DNA of 63,923 nucleotides, counting the filler, from Nemertoderma westbladi (Eukaryota > Animalia > Xenacoelomorpha), in NCBI GenBank assembly GCA_032718475.1. It is 4 parts of 4 records of this genome, joined end to end, with 100 filler letters (N's around TTAATTAATTAA, not from the genome) between each part and the next. Parts side by side here need not be neighbours in the genome. Positions count along the whole stretch, not along the records: positions 16,345 to 41,261 come from JAUCBJ010001509.1; 3 more parts are not named here. One strand, written 5' to 3'. Of the stretch, positions 22,685-33,710 are shown piece by piece. The stretch's first letter is position 1. Each line of letters begins with the position of its first letter. The notes under the pieces are model-generated. The model saw only the letters and a program-made list of their open reading frames with translations, did not search any database and was not told the origin of the DNA. A program made the translations under genes and the position numbers.

Positions 22685-25600
22685 CTAAGGTGCTCCCTCT
22701 AGTAGGCAGCACTTGCCTACAGCCCTTCTGTAGGTCTTTCTATCTTTCGCTCCTATTTTCCCACCTATCCGCACTTCTACCGATCGGACTCTTCCATCCT
22801 CGTCGGAGTAAGTGCCCACAACTCTCGCCAACCGCCATTGGTTGTTGATGATGGTATCGTCCGTGACGATCACCAGGTCACCCTCCTTTAGCTCTCTGTT
22901 CGTGTTTCTCCACTTGCTTCTCCTATGGAGCATGGGTAGATATTCCTCTACCCACCTCCTCCAGTACTCTGCGCTTATCGCCTTAGCGGCTTTCCAACTC
23001 TGTCGGGAGTGTATATCGTCTGGGTCTACACCCCGCATGTCGATGGTCGCTGGCCTCTCCATTAGAAAGTGACTAGGCGTCAACACGTCTAATGACTCCG
23101 GGTCATCAATTTCTGGATATAGCGGTCTGCTATTAATGATACCCTCGCACTTTGCTAGTACCGTCCTCAGCACGTCCTTTGTTACCATATGGGTGTTCAT
23201 CAATTTCGTCATCAGACGCTTGGAGCTACCCACTAGTCTCTCGACGCATCCTTGAGTATGCGGAGCATACGGCGTCCTCCTCTCCCACTTCACTTGTCGT
23301 CTTCTCATGGCTGCCCTGACTTCTTCCCCTTCCATGATATCCAAGGCATCCGCCATCTCGTTCTCTGCCCCTACAAAGTTGGTTCCGCTGTCAGAATATA
23401 TTACTGCAATCGTCCCACCTTTGCGGTCTCTGAACCTCTCCAGAGCATTAATGAATGCTGATGCGGTTGCATCTTGGGCGAGTTCTATCCCTACCGCCCG
23501 CGTGTTGTTACATACGAAGATAATACCGTAGCGCTTCTCCGTGTGCTGCATCACCTTAACCTTTATCGGCCCGAACATATCCACACCACAATGCGTAAAT
23601 GGCGGGTCGTGCTGTCTTACTCTACTGGCCGGTAGTGGCGCCATTTCCTGTATGGCCCGCTCCTTCTTCACCCGTTGGCAGGTTTGGCACTGCCCCACTA
23701 CCGCCTTTACCTTCTTTCTCAACTGTTTGACCCAAAAGGTCCTTCGTATCTCTGTGAAGGTTCGGTTGGTGCCCCCGTGCAATATCGACTTATGGGAGTC
23801 CCAGATGATCTGGTGGACTATCGGTGATCCATTAGGGATGATGATGGGCTTTGGTGGGATGACAATACTGTTGTTGTTCAACACCCTAGAGTTCATTACT
23901 AGGATCCCGTCATCATTGAGTTGTGGTGACAGTGCGATCAGTTCACTGTCCCGTCGGAGATGCTGTTGTTTACTGACGCGTTCCACCTCGTTGCCGTAGT
24001 TCTTCCTCTGTTCGTAGCGGATGATGGCTTTGGCCGCCCCCTCCAGATCGACGGTTATTTTACCCTTTGTATCTCTACCGAATCCCCTAAGGAAGTCCCC
24101 GAAGGCTCTCCAGTACGCCACTAACTTCTTGGTCTTATACCAACTAGAGCTGTAGCTAAGGAGTTTGTCTGTTGGGTTATCGCACAGTTCTTCCGGTTTC
24201 GGTTGCACGTCCCTTATCTCCCTCACCATCTGGCTGTATATCTCCTCACCTTCTGAATCTACTCCCTCTTCCTCTAACGCTACTTGTTCTGCGCCCGGGT
24301 CCACCATTCTCATCGGCGGCCAGGCTGTCTTATCGTTCAGAAATTGCAGCCCATGCTGCCACAATACTTCCTTCTTCAAGAAAGTGTGGCGTGCCACGCC
24401 CCTCGATAACAAGTCCGCTGGGTTCTCGTCCGTTGGGCAGTAGTGCCACCTTTCTAACTCCATGGTTGCCCTTATTTCGTTCACCCTATTTGCGACAAAT
24501 ATAGGGTATCTTGTCCTTTCGTTATGTAGCCAACTGAGCACTACCATGGAATCCGTCCAGTAGTGTGTTACCCCTATGTTGGGAATAGCATCCACTAAGT
24601 AGGCTGTGGCCCTAACTCCTAATCTCGCAGCTGTCAACTCGAGTTTCGGAACTGATGCTGAATCTGGTGGTGTCGACTTCGCTTTGCTGAATGCGAGTCT
24701 GGGCTTGTGAGCCCCCTCTCGTTGTACTAAGCAGAGTGCCGCTCCGTATGCCTCTAATGACGCATCGGAGAACATGTGCAGATCCAGATTCATCATGTCC
24801 CCATCCGGGAAATACACACGTGGCATGCTGTATGTTCCCATCTGCTCTAAACTCTCTGTCCACTTGCTCCATTGCTTGCTGATCTCTTCCGGGACCTCCT
24901 TGTCCCACTCATCCTTTAGTTTGTACACTCTCTTGAGTATCTGTTTCCCCGTGACTAGTAATGGGGATGCTAGGCCTAGGGGATCGTATATCCTCGCTAT
25001 ATACGACACATAGCCCCTCTTTGTGTGGATACCTGCGACCTCCTGACTCAACTGGTATTTTAACTCGTCTGTCTCTCGGTTCCACACGATCCCTAGTGCC
25101 TTCTGCTGGGACTCCACTCTCTTGTTCGCCATGCCCTGTCCCTTGGCTGTCGTGGGATTATCCATGGTCGACTCTGGCCTCCTGTCCTCCATTTCTTTCA
25201 TGAACTCTTGCGAGCTGGATTGGAACTTGGTTAGGTTGAACCCGGATCCTTTTAGGATATCGCGAACCTCGCGCCCCGTGTCCAGTAGTTCCTTAACCGT
25301 ATTTCCAGACTCCATCCCGTCGTCTACATAGAATCCTCGTCGAATCATATCGACGGCTTTGGCGCTGATTTTATCTTCCTTCCCTTCTACCGTGTCTCTT
25401 ATGGCCACAGTCGTTATAAACGAAGACGACTTGGCTCCCATATTCTGTACTATCATCTTATACATCGGTATGGTCGACAGTTCCTCGTCACTGTCGTACC
25501 ATAGGAAGCGCTGGCTGTCGCTATCTTCTTCCATTACACGGACTTGGTTGAACATGCCTTCGATGTCGCAGGTCAAAGCGTGTTTACCATTCCTGAATCT

Positions 25601-25699
25601 GAGTAGGACCTCGATCCCTGAGTTGTAGTTGTTGGGACCCTCCAGCAGATAATCGTTTAGGCATTTGCCGTTGGTCTTGGCCGATGCGTCAACTACCAT
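22685..25699 (-). CDS. BEL/Pao Pol: RT, RNase H, integrase, DUF5641
   Basis: CDIEGMFNQV, FYVDD, LHMFSDASLEAYGA, YWTDS, HHCC (HKSILH..CQTC), GVDMFGP, SDSGTNF, CVERLV, YWRRWVEEYL. Confidence 0.95.
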   Translation of the reverse strand: MVVDASAKTNGKCLNDYLLEGPNNYNSGIEVLLRFRNGKHALTCDIEGMFNQVRVMEEDSDSQRFLWYDSDEELSTIPMYKMIVQNMGAKSSSFITTVAIRDTVEGKEDKISAKAVDMIRRGFYVDDGMESGNTVKELLDTGREVRDILKGSGFNLTKFQSSSQEFMKEMEDRRPESTMDNPTTAKGQGMANKRVESQQKALGIVWNRETDELKYQLSQEVAGIHTKRGYVSYIARIYDPLGLASPLLVTGKQILKRVYKLKDEWDKEVPEEISKQWSKWTESLEQMGTYSMPRVYFPDGDMMNLDLHMFSDASLEAYGAALCLVQREGAHKPRLAFSKAKSTPPDSASVPKLELTAARLGVRATAYLVDAIPNIGVTHYWTDSMVVLSWLHNERTRYPIFVANRVNEIRATMELERWHYCPTDENPADLLSRGVARHTFLKKEVLWQHGLQFLNDKTAWPPMRMVDPGAEQVALEEEGVDSEGEEIYSQMVREIRDVQPKPEELCDNPTDKLLSYSSSWYKTKKLVAYWRAFGDFLRGFGRDTKGKITVDLEGAAKAIIRYEQRKNYGNEVERVSKQQHLRRDSELIALSPQLNDDGILVMNSRVLNNNSIVIPPKPIIIPNGSPIVHQIIWDSHKSILHGGTNRTFTEIRRTFWVKQLRKKVKAVVGQCQTCQRVKKERAIQEMAPLPASRVRQHDPPFTHCGVDMFGPIKVKVMQHTEKRYGIIFVCNNTRAVGIELAQDATASAFINALERFRDRKGGTIAVIYSDSGTNFVGAENEMADALDIMEGEEVRAAMRRRQVKWERRTPYAPHTQGCVERLVGSSKRLMTKLMNTHMVTKDVLRTVLAKCEGIINSRPLYPEIDDPESLDVLTPSHFLMERPATIDMRGVDPDDIHSRQSWKAAKAISAEYWRRWVEEYLPMLHRRSKWRNTNRELKEGDLVIVTDDTIINNQWRLARVVGTYSDEDGRVRSVEVRIGGKIGAKDRKTYRRAVGKCCLLEGAP

Positions 25700-25730
25700 C
25701 CGCAGTTTACCTTTCTTCGGGTCTTCAGGG

Positions 25731-26575
25731 CTAGTTCAGTGGCAGGTAATAGGTCCTGTCCGTGCTTGGTTCGTCGACCGGTAACTCCACGGCCCATCCT
25801 TTCTCGACATACTTTCTGATTGTTTTGTGAATGTACTCATTCTTCTCGGGGCTCCGTTTTAGCATCTGCTTCAACTTACGAAGCCTCGTGAGTACCATCC
25901 CTTTATTGTTGGGTAACGGTAGCTTCGGTAGCTTCCATACCATTCCTATGGTATACCGCCCCTCATCGCATGTCATCGATTCCTTTACACTTTGTAAAGC
26001 CTGTTTGTCTTCTACCGAGGTTCCGACCCCGGTCTCTTTTAATCCCTCAAAATCCTCTCTGAGCAGTCTCCTGAGCTGCTCTTCTGCTCCTTCATCTCCC
26101 ATTTCTCGCATAGTTCCCGCGAACATGCATCCTGATGTCTCCGACATCCTAAATGGTATCTTACTCCTGATTGGGCCACTCAGCGTCCACCCGAATGGTG
26201 TTAATATCGCCACCGGGTCACACTGCCTGTCTTCGCCGAAGACCGTTTGCATTCTCTCGTGGGCCTTCGGGCAGTCCATTCCTACTATGATGGATACCTT
26301 CCTAACATCCACCTCTGGGATTGAGAAGTCAATACTGTCCAGGAATCTATATTGTTCGACCTCGATGTCACCTGGATGGGGTCGATGGTCGCCCCATCGT
26401 CGCATCCCGGTGCTATCGCTGCTATCACGCACTGTCCGGTCCTCATCTCCAAAACCTCATCTTTGCTGGAGATGGTTGTTACCGCCATTCTACTTGGCCT
26501 CGTTCTCAATCCTATCTCTTCGGCCACCCAATCTTCAACTAAGGCACCACTGTCGACCAGCATCAGCGTGGTTAC
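25731..26575 (-). pseudogene. BEL/Pao aspartic protease and linker, frameshifted
   Basis: LMLVDSGA, IIVGMD, TPFGWTLSG, YYLP; joins the gag-side VPVRIIGEGNRSVTTL once the RTE is removed. Confidence 0.85.
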
Positions 26576-26776
26576 GGTCACGGTCAGGTCAGGTATTCTA
26601 GGTCATTGATCAAGAAAACTTGCCACCTCCATGCAGCATAAAGGAGGTGCCACCTGTAGCTGCATAGACCCTCTTACTAGGGCAAATCTGGTCCTGTAAC
26701 TAGGACCCCCTTCGTTCTGGGATAAGGACGCCCTTGGTCCTGGATTAAGGACCCATATACTTGGCTGCAGGGGTAT

Positions 26777-28243
26777 CCCTGTTGAAAATCCCTGTTACAC
26801 ATACTAAGTACTTGTAAAGTCTACTTGCTATCTTCTTAACAAGTACTTGCCAAGATATGTAAAGTATATCACTTAATAAGCCAAATCTTTCTATGAATGT
26901 AAAGTTTTAATTAGGCACTTGGTAATTTTAAACAGTATGTCATGTAAATAGAAAGTAATTATAAATTTATCAATGCAAATTATAATATAAAACTCAAACG
27001 TGAGACTGACCAATCACTGCACTGTGCATGTGTGTGCATGTTCTGTGTAGATGGGAGGGGGGTGGGGGGGGGGGGGGGGGGGTACCTTATCCAATCCCTA
27101 CACCCTACAATCTACAGGCCTACACCTACAATACCCTATACATTTAGAACAAGAAACAGCAGAGTATATATGAAAATATTTAATCCATAGTGATATGAGA
27201 GTATCCTTGATATATTTTGGTGATGACCCATATATTCGTATTCGATTAGTTAGATTAATATAATTTATCTTATTTTCAGACAAAATAGAATATTCATATT
27301 GATAAATCTACGACAATGTATTAACTTTAAGACCTTGTAATAGGTCATTTGTCATTTTATATTTATTCAAAAATGTAAATAATACACAAAAGCAATTGAA
27401 GCATAAGAAAACTGCACAATTAAAAAATAATGTTTTGCGATTAAAAATATTTATCTTGCGATATTAATAGCTTGAACATTCCAACGCCCATATATCTGCT
27501 TTATCTCAACAAAATTTAATAGTATTTGGTATAAACAAAACAACATTTTTCGGCTTTCTTTCTTCATTATTTTCTTTTCTTATTGCTTTCTAACATAGCA
27601 GCTTTGGTAATCAGAGGAATCACTCATTAAATCACCAAAAATGAACGCAAAACTGAATAATGTAATAGGAATGCTAAATATTAGTTTGTTTTGGTTCATA
27701 TTCAATTTCGATCCATTAGGACGTTAAATTACCTAATGTCAATGTCCCAATTTGATATATTACTAACAACGTCAGCATTTTTTACCTATATTAAACAATA
27801 TTTCATAGATGTTCAGAATCGCAGGAAAAAAGTACCAATATGAACGTTTAATTTCTTTCGTGGATGTCATGTGCTACCTGGGATAGCTGCATTCAGACCT
27901 GACAACTGGCAGGCCCCACTGAAACTACTGAACTGTTGTATGTAATACAGTGGTGACATTGTTATGCCTATACTCAGGCAAGTACAAGCTCGCCCAACAA
28001 CTAACAGTACTGCAGTAAGCCTATATCTGCATATATGCAATACTTTGCAGGGACATGGCAAGTACCTGCAAAATATAAGTGAGCAAAGTAACACTTGCAA
28101 TATTTATTAAAACTAAAGAAATAACTTACATGCTCTATTAAGTTTACCAAATTTTTGTTACTAAACATATTTTGACAAGTGTAATAAACTGATAGCAAGG
28201 AACTTGCAAATCTTAGGAAATGTACTATGAATTTTCAACAGGG
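26777..28243. mobile_element. Non-autonomous EnSpm/CMC-like TIR element, 1467 bp, inside the RTE 5' UTR
   Basis: 13-bp TIR CCCTGTTGAAAAT/ATTTTCAACAGGG, 2-bp TSD AT, AT-rich non-coding interior. Confidence 0.75.
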
Positions 28244-28860
28244 ATATGGCCTGACCAGGCAGATGGTGATCTACCAATGGCTGGTCACGAGTAGAGTGTT
28301 CTCATGTCCACTCTGAGAGCACTTCACTGCGACCTGCACCTGGCAGCAAGGGTACAGGGCATGACCCAGCAGATGAGCTGCAACAGCCAATGGTGGGTCA
28401 TGTGCGCCAGAGTAGATATGGGTGATGGGCCTCATATCTGACTCCATTGCGACACCCACCCTGTGGAATGGCAAACCAGGGTGTGGTATTTGCCCCGAGA
28501 GCTGACTGGCAAAAAAGCACCCCCCAACCCCCACTATGGATTACATTAGCAATGCGGAGGTCCGGCCACTAGAGGCCAGTGGAATTGCCAGACAGAATCG
28601 GCCTCACAGGCGTCAGTTAACTCCTGACCGGCTGCCTGTCTCACCCCCTACTGGAGAGAGAGCAGCCAACAATTCTTTGAGTCCCTTTCCTGATTACCTT
28701 TCTGGCCCAAACCCTGGGTCACCAGGGAGGCCAGATTGTGATGGGGAGAGGGATTCTGGAGTTGGAGGCTACTCTCATGTTCCACCCCGACCAACAAAGC
28801 CATTGGTGAATCTGAGTCACTAGACTAGGCTCAGTAATCACCCTAACACTCGGGTCCCCA

Positions 28861-31738
28861 ATGCGACAAGGTGAGCTGACTGCCTTGGCAGATAAGCTTT
28901 CTCTTAGCGCAGTGGGTGTTCAAGAGCACCGAATGCAGACTGGACAGACTGATGAGGTTCTGATTAAGGACATGGGGGGCGGTTGGCGACTCGCCCTCGC
29001 GTCAGCAGATGATAGTGGCAATGGTGGAATTGGTCTATTGATGAATCCAACTGCACACGCAGCATTGGACAAAATAGACCAAATCTCTAACCGCATCATC
29101 CATTGCCACTTCTCATGTTCTGGAAGACTGGCTAAGAAGTTTCCTAAGGTGGTTCTGATTGTGTGCTACTCTCCAACTAGTGTTGCCCCTATAGAGGAGG
29201 TGGAAAATTTCTACCACAATCTACAAGCAGCTACTGATGGAGTGGATCAGCATGCATTCTTAACATTCCTGGGAGACTTTAATGCAAGTCTGCATCAATC
29301 ACCTACATCGCCCTGGGTCTATAGCAATAGTGTTAACCGAAATTCTGTCCATCTTCAGGATTTTATCTCTGGGAATGGATTGTTTTCGTCTGGAACATAG
29401 GTCAAGAAGCGAACTGGAAAGCTATGGACTCATAGTGGACCCAGTGGTCACAAGTCCCAGATAGACCATATTCTGTTTCGTAGGAAATACAGGAGCTATA
29501 TACAAGACTGTAATGCATTTACACTTCGACCCTTCTCCAGTGATCACCGCCTTATTGTGGCCAAGGTAAGACTTAGTTTGCGTGTTAGCAGAACAACGAA
29601 ATCTGCCTTGCCGCGGCATGACTGGTCCTCTCTGTTGCAACAGCCAAGTGTGAGATCCAGCTTCACACTACAGCTGAGCAACAGGTATGAGGCTCTTGCC
29701 TCAGAGGCGGCAGATCACTGTGAGGGCTATACTGCCTTTACAGAAGCAGTTAAGTTAGCAGCTGCAGAAACAGTTCCTGTATACCCTCGAAACAGGAAAA
29801 GGGCCCCCTGGACTGACAACAAAATTCAGAAGTGCCGAAATGACCTTCATAAGGCGCAGAAAGAGTCCCGACTCAAACAGACTACAGCGGCCAAGAATGC
29901 AGTTAAGGCTGCATCTAGGTCCCTGAACAGGCAGTACTCTGTTAATCTACAGGAGCTAATAAACCAACAGGTTGTTGCCATCAATGATGCTGACGACAGC
30001 AGGCAATCATCCCAGGCATGGAAATCAATCAATCTGCTTACTGGGCGGAAAAGCCAACCAACCACCAAGGTTAAGGCTGAATCACCAGCCGATCGCCTCA
30101 ATGGTTGGAAAGCCCACTTTGAAAAGCTCCTCAATAATGACAGGGTATTGCCTGATAACTTTATAGAAGTAAAAGTGTCTGAGTCTGTACTTCCAGATAT
30201 TCCCATTGGCAATATCTCCTTTGCAGAAGTGAAGGCTGCTGCAAAGAGCATTAAGACCAATCGTGCCAGTGGAGTAGATGGTGTTCCCCCTGAGGTCTTT
30301 AAAATACCTGAGTGTTTAAAGCTCATCTATCCCATCATAGTAGACATGTACCGAACAACAAGAGTCCCACAAGAAATGAAAACAAATAAGTTGGTGCCAG
30401 TTCCCAAGAAGGGCAACCTAACACTCTATGGTTCTTTTCGGGGAATCTCATTGATCTCGATTGCTGCAAAGCTATACAATAGGATTCTATTAAATCGCAT
30501 CAGGGATCCCATTGAGAGACTGGTCCGTGGAAATCAGAATGGGTTCCGTAAAGGTCGTGGGACCATGGAGCCCATTTTGGCACTTAGAAGGATAATTGAA
30601 GAATTATCAAAAAAGAAAGACAGGCATCTGGCTGTTATCTTTGTTGACTTCTTCAATGCCTTTGATTCAGTCTCTCGCTCACGTATGTTCAGCATACTTT
30701 CATTATATGGGATTCCTGATGAAATTATTGCAGCAATCAGATCAGTATACGATGGTTCGACAACATTTGTGTCTACTGTTGACGGTGACACAGAACCATT
30801 TGAAGTGTTATGTGGCGTGTTATAAGACACACTTGCACCATTCTTGTTCATTATTGTGGTTGACTATGTTCTACGCATGTCCTTAGATCATCATAATGAT
30901 GATGGGGTGATGATAAATCCACCTACTGGCTCCAGAAGTCGAGGAAATCCTGCCAAGTACCTAACTGATCTAGACTTTGCTGATGACTTAGGAGTACTCT
31001 CAGAATCATTAGAGGGAGCCCAACGGCTCCTCAGCTCATTAGAACATGCTGCTTCTAGTGTTGGTCTTTTTATTAACTCCAGAAAGACCACAATTCTGAC
31101 CGTTTACTTTGAAAGTTCTCAGCAAGTCTCTGATCGGATGAGCATAAGCTCAAAGGATGGTATGCTTGAGCATGTGGACGACTTCTGTTACCTGGGATCA
31201 TGGATCCGGAAATCAGGTGAGGACCTTCGAATACGAAAGGGAAAGGCATGGGCAGCTTTGAATAGGCTTTCCAGGATTTGGAAGTCACCGAGAATTAATC
31301 GGAAACTTAAGGTCGATTATTTAGAGCAGCAGTAGTTCCAGTCCATGCTGGGCTCTAACTGCTGAAGACACCAAATCTCTGAATGGCACATTCACAAGAA
31401 TGCTACGCCGGGTTCATTGTATCAAGTACAATGCACACATCTCCAACCAGACACTATATAACATTGGAGGTTTCTCATTGGTTCCCCCAAGCTTGACACT
31501 AGAACAAAATCGCCTCCGCTTTGCAGGACATTGCTTTCGCCGTGAGGACCAGCCAGTGCATAATCTTGTACTTTGGCAGCCTCATGGAGTGAATAAGCAT
31601 GGTGGACAGCCCATGACTTTCTTGAGACGCATCTTAAAGGACACTGGCCTTAAAGATGCGGATGATCTAGCAAATGTCATGGGTGATAGGGAGTTGTGGC
31701 GGTGCAATTTTGTTGACAAGCCGGCACAGCATTCTTAA
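28861..31738 (+). pseudogene. RTE-B endonuclease/RT ORF broken by stops and frameshifts
   Basis: VGVQEHR, CYSPT, LGDFNA, NQNGFR, FVDF..AFDSV, LDFADD, YLGSWI, RLRFAGHC. Confidence 0.9.
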
Positions 31739-31795
31739 AAATGCAGCTGCAATGCAGCATGCCGATCCTAGTAGTAGTAGTAGTAGCGTGGTTAC

Positions 31796-33350
31796 TGATC
31801 GATTGCCTTCCCCGATTATCCTTACTGGTACTACCCCTAATAGTACCGTTCCTCTCTTCCTCGCCACTACGGTGCTCGTTGCCATTGTCTGTCCTTTACT
31901 CTGACTGAACTTAATTGGCGTTTCTTTGCATTGGTTGGCTCTATGTCCACTCATCACACATCGCAAGCAGATTTCATTTCTTCTCGCGTATTCTACCTGA
32001 TCTTCCCTGGGTAGCGCTTGCCAGTACCTGCAGTTCATGGACAGATGAAGTGCATTTGTATGTAGTTGGCATTTGCTCTTTGGGTTGTAGCCATCCTTAT
32101 AAAGTGCGTTGCATATCGCACTTATATTTGTACCAAAGTCCCTACTATTCTTATTGTTTGGGTTCGGCCTACTGGGCGTGCTGGGGTTATGTTTATTTGT
32201 GTTGTTATTTTTCCCATGTCTGCTCCATGATGTGGTCTTACCCCCGGCTACTTGTGGACTGGTAGTCCCCTGCGTTGCTGCGTACGGCAGTGACTGCCTG
32301 AGCTTTGGCAATGCATTCGACGCGTTGTGCTCTGGTTTCAGCCTGTGGTAATCGGTCTTTGGTCCCTTTCCCAGGCTATCCTCGCTATAGACTGGGTCCG
32401 TTATAAGTTCAGCTTCATAGTTTAAGAAGCTCGACATCTCTTCTAAACCCGGTTCCGCACCCTTCCTATCTCGAGTGGAGAAAGCGATTTTCCTCCACTT
32501 ATTGCGCAGCCAAATCGGTAGTGCCTGCGCTATCGTAGTGATGTTGTTGGACGCGTTGAGTTCGTATGGCGCGTCCAGCGTCTTTAGCACGATTAGCGCC
32601 TTCTCGACTTTGTTAGCGAATGTCTTTATGCTAACGGGGTTATCCTGTAGGCCACCCGATGTTATACCTCTCAGGGTCTGCCGGATGATCTTGGCCGGGT
32701 GCCCGTATTCCCTGTCTAACGCCCGCTATGCCGTCGTGAAGCCCCCCTCGATGCCCTGGTATTGCCTCACGATGTCGTATGCTGGGCCCCCTGTATATAC
32801 TTGCAGATACTTTAGGCACTCCGCCTGCGTCATATTCTTTGTTAATATTTCGTTACTATACATGCGCCGAAACTGTAGGTATTCTTCCGGCCTACTTCCA
32901 TCGAATTTGAATGGTTCCGCGGGTGGTAACTCGATCCTGGTCTTTAATGCATCGATTAACGTGGCCATCCCCATCGCTTGCGCTTCTAATGGGTTCGATG
33001 CGTGCTGTATAGGTTCTCCCGTTGGGTGCGGTCCGTTCGTCCTGTCTGCCGCTTTCCTCTGACTTGGATATATCATAGGGGGTAGCGGCCCCCTCCATAT
33101 TTCTGTGTCGCACGATCTATTCTCGTCCAAGGGGTTCGACGTTCTTACTCCTATTGGGGTATATTGTTGATATTGTGATGGGGGAATGTCACCCTGTCCC
33201 CCCCCCCCCCCCCCCCACCGGTATGTTTGGTACTGGGGTTGATGTTAATATATTGGGGCCCATACACCTATCCGCAATAATTCTCCCCTCCCCTGGGTAT
33301 ATGTTATGTCCTTGCATGCTGTAGTCATACTGCTGTGCTGGTACCGGTAT
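31796..33350 (-). pseudogene. BEL/Pao gag (DUF1759 and Cys/His motif), in-frame stop at 32726
   Basis: PFKFDGSRPEEYLQF, LKYLQVYTGGPA, LPIWLRNKW, DPVYS, CLRCVMSGHRANQC. Confidence 0.9.
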
Positions 33351-33710
33351 AGGCCTATCCACATAGGCGTATAGGCCTATGCGAATATTTTAAGAAATCT
33401 TTTGCAAATGTTTTTCAAACCCATGTCTGATAGTTAGCTCACATACATAATATATGTAGCCCCATGGCCAATTTGCAGTAATTAGGCTGCCAAAATTCAA
33501 AATGGCCTTTGATAAAATAGGCCACTTGGTAGCGAATAGGCCGGAAAAATATATTTCTTGAATGCGAATGGGACACTGCAGTTATACACATATGGCCCGC
33601 ATGATACCAGGAATATCTATATATATATATATGGCTGGCTGGTGACAGATTTATAGTTAATTATCGTACCAGTACCACATTAAGCTATTTCCTGACTTAT
33701 ACATTTGAAC

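Larger units (their letters stand above)
26576..31784 (+). mobile_element. Apparently full-length RTE LINE family B inserted in the BEL protease
   Basis: 11-bp TSD AGCGTGGTTAC at 26565-75 and 31785-95; (TAG)n tail; EN and RT domains. Confidence 0.95.
17746..33350 (-). mobile_element. BEL/Pao LTR retrotransposon: gag-pol, extra ORF, PPT, 3' LTR; interrupted by an RTE; 5' LTR not seen
   Basis: Colinear gag, PR, RT, RH, IN, extra ORF, PPT and TG..CA LTR all on the minus strand. Confidence 0.9.
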
